A stretch of DNA of 64,000 nucleotides from positions 52,020,001-52,084,000 of the forward strand of contig NC_086108.1 in assembly GCF_963921235.1 (NCBI RefSeq), given 5' to 3'. The DNA is from Mobula hypostoma. Taxonomy: Eukaryota. This document shows, piece by piece, positions 51,011 to 64,000 of this stretch; the first letter of the stretch is position 1; each line of letters begins with the position of its first letter. Both the position numbers and the translations under genes were made by a program. The notes beneath the pieces are model-generated. The model was not told the DNA's origin. It saw only the letters and a program-made list of their open reading frames with translations, and did no database searches.

Positions 51011-52736
51011 TTTTCTCCACTTCCTTTTACAGACTAAATAGCAAAGACCTGTTCCTGTTTCTCAAAGCTGAGGTGCTGCCCTACACCAGTTGCTACAACA
51101 CCTTGCTATTTGCACTCTGCTGGCTTTTATATATAGATTGTTGTATGTAAGGAATAACTAAATCATTGAAGCATCCTGTTATCAACTGTATCTTTGTAAA
51201 TATTAATTTATCTCTTTAATAGGTCAGACTCAACAATATCTCCGTGCACATATCAGTAGTATTACCAGAAGATGTGTTCAATGAGCATATGAATTGGGAT
51301 TATGAATAGGGTCTTCAGCCCTTTAAGCCTGTACTGCATTTGAAGAATTGTGGTTGATCTGATTATAATATTCCGGCCTGTTCTGGTAAACCTTAACCAC
51401 TGCTTATCAGTAATCTACCTACTTCTGTCTTAAAATATTCAAGGACTCTGCTTCTATTGCCCTTTGAGAAAGAAGATACTAAGCGTGTTCTGAGGAGAAA
51501 AAATATATTGCTTCATCTTTATTTTAAATGGGTGACTCTCTAGGTCTAGATTCTCCCATGTAACGCATTGTCACATTTACCAAGGATGATTTAATTCTTA
51601 ACGCTAGTATGCAGCATGTCAACAAAATAGAGCATGAAACTGGCAGATAGATATGATACATATGTGAAGTACATTGTCCTGGTGTAATGCAGGAATGTTT
51701 GGAGGAAGAAAGTAACATTAGGAACAGGATTTGTGAACTAAACATTGATTTAATAATAAATGGATGATAGTAAAGGTATCCCAGTGTTGTCATCATTTGT
51801 ATGCAAATTATATAATTTGTGGTTACATTCAGCAGCTTTAATTTCAATCCTATAATTTGGGAATAGTTGCCATTTGTTCCACTTGAATATATTTGAAAAT
51901 TTGTTGTACGTACTGTCTGTTTAAATATATTAATTTTTAAAAAAGCAGTCTAACTGAATTATAATTTTTTAACAATGGATTTGAAGTAAAGCAACCATTT
52001 GTTTATAAATAGGATATGTACTAAATGTTGGACGTGAAGGTAAAGTTCATTAATAAATTATTATTAGGGGTTGCTGCATTCTGTGTTTCACGGGGATGTG
52101 ATTCACTCAAGACACAGTGGATATGGTGGTCCAGCCTGAGGGATTCTCGAACTACTGGATGGATCGATATGCAGAACTTTTGGGAAAGGCAAGAGATGTG
52201 GGTGTGCATTTCATGGTTAACTCTTCATGGTGCTCAGACATAGCAGTCTTGTCACACTCTTGTTCTCCTGACCTGAAACACCTAATGATCAAATGCTGTC
52301 TATTCTACGTGCAAAGAGAGTTCTCCAGGATCCTCACCACAGTTTACATACCGCCAAAAGCCAACATTAAGCAAGCACTCAAGGTATTGAGTGTCATAAT
52401 TGGCAAACATGAAACATCCTACCCCCAGAGTCTTTAAGATCATTGTTGGGGGCTTCAATCAGGCTTGTTTGAAGAAATCTCTGCCCAATTGTGATGGAGA
52501 GCACTCTGTAAGCACAGTCCTTGCACAAGCGCATTCATTCACATACAAACATTTCCTTGTTCTGCTGTCAGTGTATGCACTTCAATGTCTTCCCTGATAT
52601 ATTCTCATAATTAACCCACTGTTTTCTCTCTGCATTGGTACATATATTCAGAGTCAGACACCAAAGTTTAGTTTACTTTTATTCTTTGGACTTAATTGTA
52701 AGTGTGCGATTGTGTTGAGTGTTCTGCTATTTCATA

Positions 52737-55700
52737 TGGATGTGTCTGGTGTAAACCTGAAAATGGAACTGGACACAGGGGCAGCTTTGTCTATAATTTC
52801 AGAGGCTGACTACAACAGAGTTTTCAAAACAACCATTAGAGAAGAGCCCAGTGATGCTAAAGACTTACACAGGCGAAAGAGTATCTCCCAAAGTCAAACC
52901 GAAAGTAAATGTGACATGTGGAGGCCAAACACAGCAGTTAGAGTTTTATTTCCTGAAAAGTGAAGGGCCAGCACTTTTCGGATGTGAATGGTTGAGAAAA
53001 ATCCAACTAGACTGGCACCCAATCAAAGCTCTCAATGTGTCATCAACAGGTATCTGCAACCCAAATGGTAGCATGAACTAGAGACTGTCACAGCTGCTTA
53101 ATGCTAATGAGAAAGTGTTTGATAAGTGTATTGGTAAACTCAAAGGCATAAAAGCCAGAATTGAATTGAATGAAGCAACAATATCAAGATTCCATAAAGC
53201 ACATCAATTGCCTTATGCACTACGTCTTAAAATGGATGCTGAACTTCAGAGCTTGGAGACATCTGGAATTTTCTCCAAGGTTGAGTAGAGCAATTGGGCC
53301 ACACCCATTATTCCGGGGATCAAGAAAGAGAAGGCTGGAGCCGTTTGTATGTGTGGGGATTTCAAAGCATGCATCAACCCAGTGCTGTGTACTATGCAGT
53401 TTCCCCGCCAGGGATAGAAGACATTTTTGCATCCTTGGCAGGCAGGGAGAGATTTTCAAAGATTGACTTGTCACAAGCCGATCTGGAAATGGAGATTGAG
53501 GAGTTAAGCAGGAAGTTACTCACAATCAACGCACACAAGGAACTGTTCCAGGAAAATTGTCTCAGCTTTGGTGTTACATCAGCTCCAGAAATTTAGCAAA
53601 GAGCAATGGACCAAGTGCTCCAAGATAGCCCAGAAACACAATGTTGTCTTGATGACATCATTGTCACTGGCAAGAATGATGAAGAGCACCTCCAGAACCT
53701 TGGTAAAGTGCCTACTAGGCTGTGTGAGTATAATCTGTGCACAAAAAAAGAGAAATTTCATATTGTGGACGTGTCATTGACAAGCATGGCTTACATAAGT
53801 CACGAGAGGTTGAAGCAGTGCTACAGGCACCCAAACTGGAAAATGTGTCATAACTCATGTCATACTTGGGCCTTGTAAACTACTACCACTGGTTCCTCCC
53901 AAACATTGCTACAGTGCTGCATCCATTGAATGCACTGCTGCATACAGGAGCCAAGTGGGAATGCTCAGAAAGATGTGAAAGAGCATTCAAGGAAACAAAG
54001 AGACTAATAACATTCAATGAACTGCTCACCTATCATGACCCATCCCTGCTCATCAGACTGGTGTGCGATACATTCCCTTATGGCATAGGGGCCATTTTGT
54101 CATCCACCATGAAAGATGCATCTGAATGTCCGATTACGCTTGCTTCAAGTTCTCTGACGAGTGCAGAACACATCTCTGCACAGATTGACTAAGATACCCT
54201 AGTCTAGTATGGGGAATAAAGAAGTTCCACCACTAACTCTACGGACACAAGTTTACGCTAGTGACAAATTACCAACCCCTTGTGTCCATTTTCAATCCCA
54301 GGAAGGGAATTCCGGTGATGTCTGCTACCCAGTTACAACGTTGGGCACTATTCTTAGGAGTCCACTCTTATGTCATAGACTTTAAGGGTACCAAAAAACA
54401 CAACATTAATTGCTTGTCACGTCTTCCACTGTTGCCAACTGAAGAAGAAGTCTTCAGACTGTAACCCAGCAGAAGTGTTCCACACAGCATTGGTGGACCA
54501 ATTGCTGGTAACAAATTCAGAAATACAAAGAGAAACAATGAGTGACCCAACATTGTCAAAAGTCTACGAAATCACCATGCAAGGATGGTCAGTTCATGGT
54601 AACCCTATGTTTCCATAGTTCTCAGTAAGATGAGACCAACTGTCGATATGGCAAAGAACACTGATGTGTGGATCTTGTGTTGTGGTTCACTCTAAACTGA
54701 GCACCAGAGTGTTAGAAAATTGGCACGAAGGACATGTGGGTACAGTCAAAATGAAGAGTCTCGCACGGAGCTACGTGTGGTGGCCAGGAAAAGATAAACA
54801 GATTGAAAACTTGCCCAAAAGCTGTTGGGATGCCAAAAAGTTCAAAAGGCACCCCCACAGGCACCATTACACCCATGGGAGTGCCTGTCATCACCTTGGC
54901 AAAGAATACGTATTGACTTTGCTGGGCTATTCATGGACTCCATGTTTCTGATTGCTGTGGATGCTCATTCAAAGTGGCTGGATGTCATACCAATGAAGTC
55001 AATCACATGAACAAAGACTGTCTTCACTCTGAGGACTATCTTCGCCAGAAATGGCTTGCCTGAACAAATTGTGAATGACAATGGACCACAATACACGTCA
55101 GAGGAGTCCAGACTAACCATGAAGAAAAATGGCATCAAACATTTCAAGTCAGCTCTTCATCACCCAGCAACAAATGGGTTAGCTGAGACATTTATCCAAA
55201 CATTCAAGGAGTCTATTAAAGCTATGGACAAGAAGGTCATTCTCTACAGCACCAGATGGACAACTACTTTTTGTGTGTCAGAACTCTGCTCATGCGACAA
55301 GAAATCAAACATCTGCAATGCTGTTCATGAGCAGGAATCTGAGATCTCACATAGACCTCCTGAAACCAGAACTCTGGAGGGAAGTGCAGAATAAACAGTT
55401 CAGCCAGTTGCCAAGTGAATCAGCAAGGAACCTTGAGATTGGACAGGAAGTCCTAGTGCATGATTACTGAGAGGACAAGTCGGCACCCGGTAGGATACCT
55501 ACAAGAACTGGACCACTGATGTACACAGTGGATGTTGAGGATCTGACATGGAAATGCCATGTGGACCAGATACTGGATGCTCGACCAAAGAACACGCCTG
55601 AGTCAATTGCATCCAACAAGATGAACACGTTACAGCCAGTGGACTTGCCTCTCAATGATGATCACGTCACTAACAGCAACGTGACACCAGCAATCGAGAA

Positions 55701-55863
55701 TGTTGCCTTAGACAAGACACCTACCAAAGCTGATCCACAGGTACAGAGGTGCGATGAGAACGTTATTGTTGACAAGACACCTGCCAAACCTGATGCTACT
55801 CCACTGGTCCAGAGGCACTATCCTGAAAGAAACAGACCACCACCCAAAAGACTGAATCCTTAG
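52737..55863 (+). pseudogene. Gypsy pol pseudogene
   Basis: MELDTGAALSII; FSKIDLSQA; FGVTSAP; CLDDIIV; LVCDTFPYGIGAILS; HEGHVG...RSYVWWP; IDFAG...VDAHSKW; DNGPQY; PATNGLAE; ends RHYPERNRPPPKRLNP*. Confidence 0.92.
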
Positions 55864-56215
55864 TATAGTTAAAGTTAGTTATGGGCTATTATTGTGAAAG
55901 CATGATTATTTGAACATGGTTTGTGAAAGGGAAATTGAATGTTTTGTACATATTCAGTTCTATGTTAAATTAATCTAAAGGGGAGGAAGTGTAATGTTTG
56001 GATTATTTATTTCAGAACAATGACTCCCCTTAGCACTAGCTATGGACTGTCTTCCCCCTCCCTCTCTCTCTTTAATTGATATGCAGTTGCAAAGACACAA
56101 CACCAGGAATTCATAATGGACAAGAATAAGCACAGAGCTATCATTGTGTTTTCCAGTAGATATCATTTTGTAAATATTGGCATTTTACTTTTCACTAACT
56201 TTTGTCACTTGTTTT

Positions 56216-57200
56216 TGGTGCTGGGCCCGCAACTGTTCACAATATACATTAACGATCTGAAGAGGGGGGCCGAGTGTAGTGTATCTAAGTTTGCTGATGA
56301 CACTGAATTGAGTGGAAAAGCAAATTGTGCAGAAGATACAGAGAGTCTACAGAGAGACATAGATAGGGTAAGTGAGCGGGCAAGGGTCTGGCAGATAGAG
56401 TACAATGGTGGTAAATATGAGGTCATCCACTTTGGAAGGAAAAATTAAAGAGCAGATTATTATTTAAATGGTAAAAAATTGCAGCATGCTGCTGTGCAGA
56501 CAGACTTGGGAGTGCTTGTGCAGGTGCAGCAGACTATCAAGAAGGCAAATAGAATGTTGGCCTTCATTGCTAGAGGGATTGAATTTAGGAGCAGGGAGGT
56601 TATGCTGTAACTGTACAGGGTACTGGTGAGACCACACCTGGAGTACTGGCATGCAGTTCTGGTCTCCTTACTTGAGGAAGGAAATACTGGCTTTGGAGGC
56701 GGTGTAGTGGAGGTTCACCAGGTTGATTCCAGAGATGAGGGGGTTAGACTATGAGGAGAGATTGAGTCGCCTGGAACTGTACTCACTAGAATTCAGAAGA
56801 ATAAGAGGAGAATCATATAAAATTATGAAAGGGATAGATAAGATAGAGGTAGGAAAGTTGTTTCCACTGGTAATTGAGACTAGAAAAAGGGGACATAGCC
56901 TCAAAATTCGGGGGAGTAGATTTAGGATGGAGATGAGAAGGAACTGCTTTTCCCAGAGAGTGGTGAATCTGTGGAATTCTCTGCCCAGTGAAGCAGTGGA
57001 GGCTACCTCAGTAAGTATACTTAAGACAAGCTTGGATAGATTTTTGCATAGTAGTGGAATTAAGAGTTATGGGAAAAAGGCAAGTAGGTGGAGATGTGTC
57101 CACAGCCAGATCAACCATGATCTTATTGAATGGCGGAGCAGGCTCGATGGGCCAAATGGCCGACTCCTGCTCCTATTTCTTATGTTCTTGTGTTCTTATG
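56216..57200 (+). mobile_element. 5'-truncated CR1 inserted in the Gypsy 3' LTR
   Basis: VLGPQLFTIYINDL...KFADDT; FSQRVVNLWNSLP; tail ttcttatgttcttgtgttcttatg. Confidence 0.9.
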
Positions 57201-58962
57201 TAACTTTGATTTTTGACATACCTAATAAACACCCTTGCAGTAAAGTGCTAAGCGACCCCAGCTGTTTTTTTCTTTGGTCATAACCCACGTATCTAATACC
57301 ATTTATCATCAACATATCACCAGCAGCACCAGGGGTCCCAACACACTTGATTACAGTTGTACTACAATTAGGAATACCTACCATTTGATCCCTAGACCAT
57401 ATTTTGAGAAATCTAGCTGTTCTCCTCCTACCTGCATACACGCAGAGGCTAAAGAACAGGCTCCAAAGGTAAGGACAAAAAAGAGGTGGATGTGGGAGAC
57501 AGAGGAGTGGCTATAGGACTGCTTTGAGTCAGTAGACTAGGCCATGTTCAAAGGTTCATCAGAGGATCTGCACAACTATGCCACGGTTGTCATGGACTTT
57601 ATAAAGAAAGTCATAGATGAGTATGCCCCCACAAAATCATTCAGAGTGTTCCCCAACCAGAAATCCCAGATAAACAAAGAAATCTGTAATCTGCTGAAGG
57701 CTAGGTAAGTGGCATTCAGGTCTGGCGATTAAGCAGAATACAGGAGGTCCAGCTACGATCTCCAGAAAGCCATCTCACTTGTGAAATGGCATTTCCAGAC
57801 CAAATTGAAATCACTTCTCAATAGCTGTGGCAGGGCTTGAATACCATCACCTCCTACAAAGTGACATAGGTGACAATAAGGTTTCACTCTCAGATGAGCT
57901 CAATGCCTTTTATGCCCAATTTGACTGTCAAAACATGCAGGCACCTTCACTAAGGCTCACAGCCTCAGATGATCCTGTGATTTCAGTCTGTGAGACCGAT
58001 GTGAAAGCATCCTTCAGGAGGGCGAACACACTGAAAGCATCTGACCCAGATGAGTACCTGATCAAGTACTGAGAACCTGTGCTATTTAACCGGCTGGATT
58101 GTTCACTGATATCTTTAACATCTCGCTTCGGCAGTCTGAGGTTCCCACCTACTTCAAGTAGACTTCAATTATACCAGTGCCCAAGAAGACCATGGTAACA
58201 TGCCTCAATGACTGTCCTCCAGTAGCGCTTACATCAACAGCGATGAAGTGCTGGTGATGCAACATATCACTCCTGCCTGAGGAGTGACTTGGATCTGCTC
58301 CAATTTGCCGGCCATCACAACAGGTCAATATCAGATGCCATTTCACTTGCTCTTCATTCAGCTCTGGACAGTGAAGATGCATATATCAAGATGCTCTTTA
58401 TCAACTTCAGCTCAGCATTCAATACTATCATACTCTCAAAACAAATCAATAAGCTCCAAGACCTAGTTCTCAATACCTCTTTGTGCAATTGGATCTTTAA
58501 CTTCCTCTCTTGAAGACCCCAGTTAGTTCAGATTGGCAACAACATCTCCTCTACAAACACCATCAGCACAGGTGCACCATAAGGTTGTGTGCTTGTTCCC
58601 CTGCTCTGCTCACTATATATTATTATGGACTTGAGGCCAAGTAAAGTTCCAATGCCATATTTAAATTTGCTGATAACACAACTGTTGTTGGCTGAATCAA
58701 AGGTGGTGATAAATCAGCAAATAGGAGGGAGATTGCATATTTGCTGAATGGTGCCCCAACAAAAGCTCTCACTCAATGTCAGCAAAGAGCTAATTATTGG
58801 CTACAGGAGGAGGAAACCGGAAGTCCATGAGCCAATCTTCATCAGGGGATCAGAGGTGGCGAGAAACTGCAACTTTAAATTCTTCAGTGTGTTGTTATTT
58901 CAGAAGATCTGACCTGGGTCCAGCATGTAACTGCCATTACAAAGAGGGCAGCACCTCTACTT

Positions 58963-60087
58963 TGAGAATCAGAATCAGATTTATTATCACTGGCATGTGT
59001 CATGAAATTTGTTAACTTAGCAGCAGCGGTTCAATGCAATACATAACATAGAAGAAGAGAAAAAGTAATAAAATAATAAGTAAGTAAATCAATTACAGTA
59101 TACGTATATGGAATAGATTAAAATTGTGCAAAAAACAGAAATAATATACATATAAAAAATGTAGTAGTGTTCACGGGTTCAATGTCCATTTAGGAATCAA
59201 TGGCAGAGGGGAAGAAGCTGTACCTGAATCGCTGAGTTTGTGCCTTCAGGCTTCTGTACCTCCTACCTGATGGTAACAGTGAGAAAAGGGCATGCCCTGG
59301 GTGCTGGAGGTCCTTAATAATGGATGCTGCCTTTCTGAGACACCGCTCCTTGAAGATGTCCTGGGTACTTTGTAGGTTAGTACCCAAGATGGAGCCAACT
59401 AAATTTACAACCCTCTGCAGCTTCTTTCGGTCCCGTGCAGTAGCCACCCCCCCCCCATACCAGACAGTGATGCAGCCTGTCAGAATGCTCTCCACAGTAC
59501 AGTTTTCAAAGTTTTTGAGTGTATTTGTTGACATGCCAAACCTCTTTAAACTCCTAATGAAGTATAGTCGTTGTCTTGCCTTCCTTTATAACTGCATTGA
59601 TATGTTGGGACCAGGTTAGATCCTCAGAGATTTTGACACCCAGGAACTTGAAACTGCTCACTCTCCCCTTCTGATCCCTCTATGAGGGTTGGTATGTGTT
59701 CCTTCGTCTTACCCTTCCTGGAGCCCACAATCAGCTTTCAACTTACTGACATTGAGTGCAAGGCTGCGACACCACTCCACTAGTTGGCACATCTCACTCC
59801 TGTACACCCTCTCGTCTCCATCGGAGATTCTACCAGCAATAGTTGTATCATCAGCAAATTTATAGATGTATTTGAGCTATGCCTAGCCACACAGCCATGG
59901 GTATAGAGAGAGTAGAGCAGTGGGCTAAGCACACACCCCTGAGGTACACCAGTTTTGATTGATCGTCAGCGAGGAGGAGATATTATCACCAATCCGCACA
60001 GATTGTGGTCTTCCGGTTAGGAAGTCGAGGATCCAATTGCAGAGGGAGGTACAGAGGCCCAGGTTCTGTAACTTCTCAATCAGGATT
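58963..60087 (-). mobile_element. Rex1/Babar-clade LINE 3' part (same family as 28818-30062)
   Basis: (gaatca)n tail on +; minus ORFs [20 protein letters not shown] and TVESILTGCITVWYG. Confidence 0.9.
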
Positions 60088-61104
60088 TTAAGAAGTTTGT
60101 GTAGATTGAGCATGTTATCTAAAATTTTGACAGACTTTTATAGATGTGCATTGGGGAATATATTGATTGGATGGATCATTGCCTGGTATGGAAACACCAA
60201 TCCCTTGTACAGGAAAGTCTACAAAAAGTAGTAGATATAGCCCAGTCCATCACGGGTAAAGCCCTTCCCACCACTGAGTACATTTATAAGGAGCGTTGTC
60301 ACAGGAAAGCAGAATCCATTATAAGGGATTCCCACCATTCAGGCCATGCGCTCTTCTTGCTGCTGCCATCAGGAAGAAGGTACAGGAGCCTCAGGACCCA
60401 CACCACCAAGTTCAGGAACAGTCAGAACCAGTGGGGATAACTTCAGTCACCCCAACACTGAACTGATTCCACGACCTACGGACTCACTTTAATGGACTCT
60501 ACAACTCGTATTCTCGATATTCATTGTTTATTTATTATTCTTATTATTTTATTTTTGTGTTTGCATTTTGATGTCATTTGCAACTTGGCTGTTTGTCTGT
60601 CCGTCATGTGCGATAGTTCATTGTGTTTCTTTCTGTTCACTATGAGTGCCTGTAAGAAAATTAATCTCAGAGTAACATATAATGACATAATAAATTTACT
60701 TTGAACTTAAAAATTTACTTATTGGAATGGTTTAATCCTAAAATATGCTCAGCAATTGTTGAGGCACATTGCTGAGATTGAAGAAGAACACTAGCAGGCA
60801 CCCACCAATATGTAAGTAATAAGGTGTTGTGAAGCTAGTAGGGTTTCTCACTAGCAATGAGATCAATTTACATCACTTGTGCCACTTGTCATGCAGCATG
60901 CTGGTCTGTTCAAGATTCCTAACATTCCTCTTTGAGATAAAAAAAGACTTTCAGCTTTACCGTACACGAACACGAGCTGTGATGGCACGCTAACTGTGTG
61001 TTAAGTTGGTCTCTACAACTTTGCCGATGATTCAATGGTTTTACCTCTAATAGATGATTTTGAAATGTTACTGCACTGAGTGAGGTGGGGGGGCTTTTGC
61101 CCCC

Positions 61105-61115
61105 TGCTGAGTCAC
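61105..61115 (+). promoter_or_regulatory. AP-1/CNC-sMaf (NFE2/ARE-type) motif just 5' of the PDE4DIP ATG
   Basis: TGCTGAGTCAC, overlapping E-box CACCTG. Motif match only. Confidence 0.35.
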
Positions 61116-61120
61116 CTGCC

Positions 61121-61261
61121 ATGTCTAACGGTTATCGTACTCTTTCCCAGCATCTAAATGACTTGAAGAAAGAAAATTTCAGCCTCAAGCTCCGGATCTA
61201 TTTCCTGGAGGAGAGAATACAGCAAAAATATGATGACAGCAATGAGGATATCTACAAAAGG
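61121..61261 (+). CDS. PDE4DIP: Myomegalin / phosphodiesterase 4D-interacting protein, first coding exon of the CM1 (centrosomin motif 1) isoform
   Basis: cctgccATG Kozak context; MSNGYRTLSQHLNDLKKENFSLKLRIYFLEERIQQKYDDSNEDIYKR matches the recalled human myomegalin N-terminus; phase-0 donor AGG|gtaaga. Confidence 0.95.
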
Positions 61262-62339
61262 GTAAGAGACTTCCCTGCTTATACTGTTTTGACAAAATAT
61301 TGAAAATAAATTCTCTGCAAAATCTCAAAAATACAATATTTCTTACCTAGTATGTTGGAAAATGAACAAGCAGTGCTGGAGAGATAGAAATGTTTATGTT
61401 CACCCTTTTATTAATTTCCCCATATCAACTGCTCTAACACAAAAGCATAAGACACTCCACACCTTTATCCAGGGTCATTTAGTCCTAATTAATGTGCAAT
61501 GTATCGACCAAATACAATGTGAAGATTACAGAGAAATTTATGAAGCTCACCTTCCTAAAGTAGTACATGAAAGTTTAGGAGAGATAAAGCAAAAAATAAA
61601 ATTGTGGATTTAAGAGTCATTGAATTATTAATGCTTAAAGGTATACCCACATCAGGCTATGATACAGTTCAAATTTGACAATAAATTTGCTTTAAATTGT
61701 AATTAGCTCCCCCAGCAAACTGCAATTCCAACCCTACAGTTTGAAGACAATTGTCAAAATACAGTGTATGACCTCAATTATCTGCAATGACCTTTTTATG
61801 AATTAGGGTAAATGTTTGCATAAAGTAACCAGGAATCAATGCAGGGGTTTTAGTTATTTTTTTAACCTCCTCTTGGTCATTAATCAAAAGGAGAGTGTTG
61901 TTACCTGGATGCCTGCACCTGATACAATTTTATATTAGGCTTAATTCACACCTGAAAGAATTTAGGATTTTAATTCCTGACAGATGTTCATTAATTTGCT
62001 GTATTTGAATTCTCAGCACCTTTTAAGAACATCTCAGTTCGGAAAATAAAATAGTCTCTATTTGCACATCTTGACAACTTGATTAGATAATGTTATTAAC
62101 AATCATTAGCATAGAAATACCTTTGGTTAATTATAGTCTTGTCTACAGAAACTGACAGTGAATAGGTGAACAAATAGATATTTACCCAGTCAGAGGCAAA
62201 CTGAAAAGGGAATACGCTAATGCCACAAACACAAGGGGGAACATTCAAAGATCTGGTCAAATAGGTGGACTTTCAGTGGTTGTTTAATGACAAAAGGGCA
62301 TTTTGTAGGGATTTAGGAAGGAACTCTTGATTGGTTCGA

Positions 62340-63015
62340 TCAGAATCACTGATTTTGTCACTGACGTTAATTGTGAAATGTGCTATGTTGTGGCAATAGT
62401 ATAGTGCAGGAAAAACAAATTATTGTAAGTTAAAATATATATTAAGAAGTGCAAAAGAGGAATAGCAAAGTAGTGTTTATGGGTCATGTACAGTTGAGAA
62501 ACCTGATGGTGGAGGGGAAGAAGCTGTTCCTAAAATGTTGAGTGTAGGTGTTCGAACTCCCGTACCTCCTCCCTGATGGTAGTAGTGAGAAGCGGGCATG
62601 TCCCAGATGGTGAGGGTCCTTACTGAGTGATCCTGCCTTGAGGAACCGCCCTTTGAAGATGTCCTTGATGTTGGGGAGGGTTGTGCCCATGATGGAGTTG
62701 ATTGAGTCTGCAATCCTATGAAGCCTCTTACAACCCTGTGCTTTGGTGCCTCCCTACCAGGCGGTGATGAAACCAGTCAGAATGCTCTCCGCCGTCTATC
62801 TGTACATCTAGAAATTTGCTAGAGTCTTTGGTGACATACCAAATCTCCTCAAGCTACTAATGAAGTAAAGCCACTGGTGTGCCTTCATTGTGATACATCA
62901 ATATGATGTGCCTGAAGTGTTTACACCCAGGAATTTGAAATTGCTCGTCCTTTCCACTGCTGACCCCTCAGTGAGGATTGGTGCGTGTTCTTCCGATTTT
63001 CCCCTTCCTGAAGTC
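62340..63015 (-). mobile_element. Rex1/Babar-like LINE 3' fragment
   Basis: Minus-strand GTTLPNIKDIF...DPHHLGHARFSLLPSGRRY...FRNSFFPSTIRFLN. Confidence 0.8.
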
Positions 63016-64000
63016 TGTATTTACCAAATGAGCCAATTCATGGAGGATTGAAGATATCTTTTAAAAGCTGCAGAAATAATGTGTAATAAGAGAGGGTCAA
63101 CAACAGAGACCTGTAACTACTCAAAAAGCATTTTGTCGATCGTCATTAACAAAGTAAAGAAAGCTCTTAATGTGTAAATTTTCAGAAGCATCGTAACTAC
63201 AAGTAAGGGAGAGGTTTAAGGAGTAAATTCCAAGTTCATGTTCTATATATTTTAAGTCATAAAGGATGAAAAGAATTAAGCAGTGAAAACATCAGACTTA
63301 TTCTTCCTTATTTACAGTGTAGCATAGGGAATCTTATTTTTCTGAATGTATTAGACAGAGGCTTATTATAAATATGATGCTTTTCATGGTTATGAGAGAT
63401 TTTTAAACCTAGAATCAATTTTTATGTTGAGTTCAACTATTTCCCAATTTTTAAGTGGTCTGGTGACCAGATTTTCAGCTTATTAGTTTACTGCTGTTGG
63501 TGTAATCATTTATCAGCTAGCTAGTTAACTTTCATGTTTCATATAAGTGGGCAAACATGTAATCACTTGCTAAGATGCAGATTGTACCAAATTCATTACA
63601 ATCTGTGGAAATTTCAGAGGCATTTTGATGTCATTGAGTAGGTGAGCAGTTAAAATGGGCTGCACTAATTAATGTCTGTGGCTACTAACTGTAGGTCTCA
63701 TCATGATTGATTTTAGTCTACTGTAAAAGACTCCCTAGCCTACTGTAAAACCACCCAACTAAAACCAGCAGGATATAACTAGCATGTTCAAATTAGGGAT
63801 TCAATCCATTGCTGTCAATATTTTAACATCCATGAGCAGGCTGAAGCATCTGTGGAAGAGAACCTGATAAAGAGAACCTGGTAAATTATTTGCTTTTCTT
63901 ATAAGGGTAGAACTCTATTCTGCTTTCTGCTTTTCCTGCTATACAATTTCCTGCAAAAAAAATCATTTTTGAGACCCCTCTCTCATACTTCCCCCATCCC

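Larger units (their letters stand above)
52490..57298 (+). mobile_element. Ty3/Gypsy LTR retrotransposon lacking gag, with degenerate pol
   Basis: Domain order PR-RT-RH-IN; PPT aaaggggaggaag (~55978-55990); 3' LTR 55991-57298 (CR1-interrupted); imperfect TSD ccaat/ccatt. Confidence 0.88.
52100..60710 (+). mobile_element. Long Rex1/Babar-clade LINE split by a Gypsy element (52490-57298) and an antisense LINE (58963-60087)
   Basis: AP endonuclease motifs CSPDLKHL, TTVYIPP, LPN|YHQHIT..TRGPNTLD; RT motifs LQFA...[12 protein letters not shown]; 3' tail aataaatttactttgaactt. Confidence 0.82.

Noticed and set aside
1..64000. Prokaryotic systems (CRISPR arrays, operons, retrons), tRNA or rRNA genes
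   Set aside because: No regularly spaced repeats or structural RNA genes were seen; all RT motifs belong to eukaryotic retroelements.

Overview
Repeat-dense vertebrate DNA. The repeat repertoire (CR1, Rex1/Babar, RTE, Penelope-like, Gypsy, hAT, Tigger-like, Academ) and its style suggest a cartilaginous fish, probably a ray; this is inference. Only one host coding exon is recognisable: the CM1-domain first coding exon of PDE4DIP/myomegalin (61121-61261, +). The upstream ~60 kb is probably intronic or upstream sequence made of nested transposon remnants. Highlights: (1) a Gypsy LTR element (6679-9318, 5-bp TSD) whose RT/RNaseH/integrase core is replaced by an apparently intronless fragment of the splicing factor RBM25; (2) a predicted HDV-like ribozyme whose cleavage site coincides with the 5' end of a ~0.5 kb retroposon (457-642); (3) minimal hammerhead ribozymes in inverted-repeat Penelope-like elements; (4) the PDE4DIP MSNGYRTLSQ codons doubling as a complete 3' splice site; (5) an internally deleted Academ DNA transposon; (6) a second Gypsy element bounded by two non-matching LTR-like ends. 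All family calls come from motif recognition by eye, not database searches, and boundaries without a TSD are approximate.
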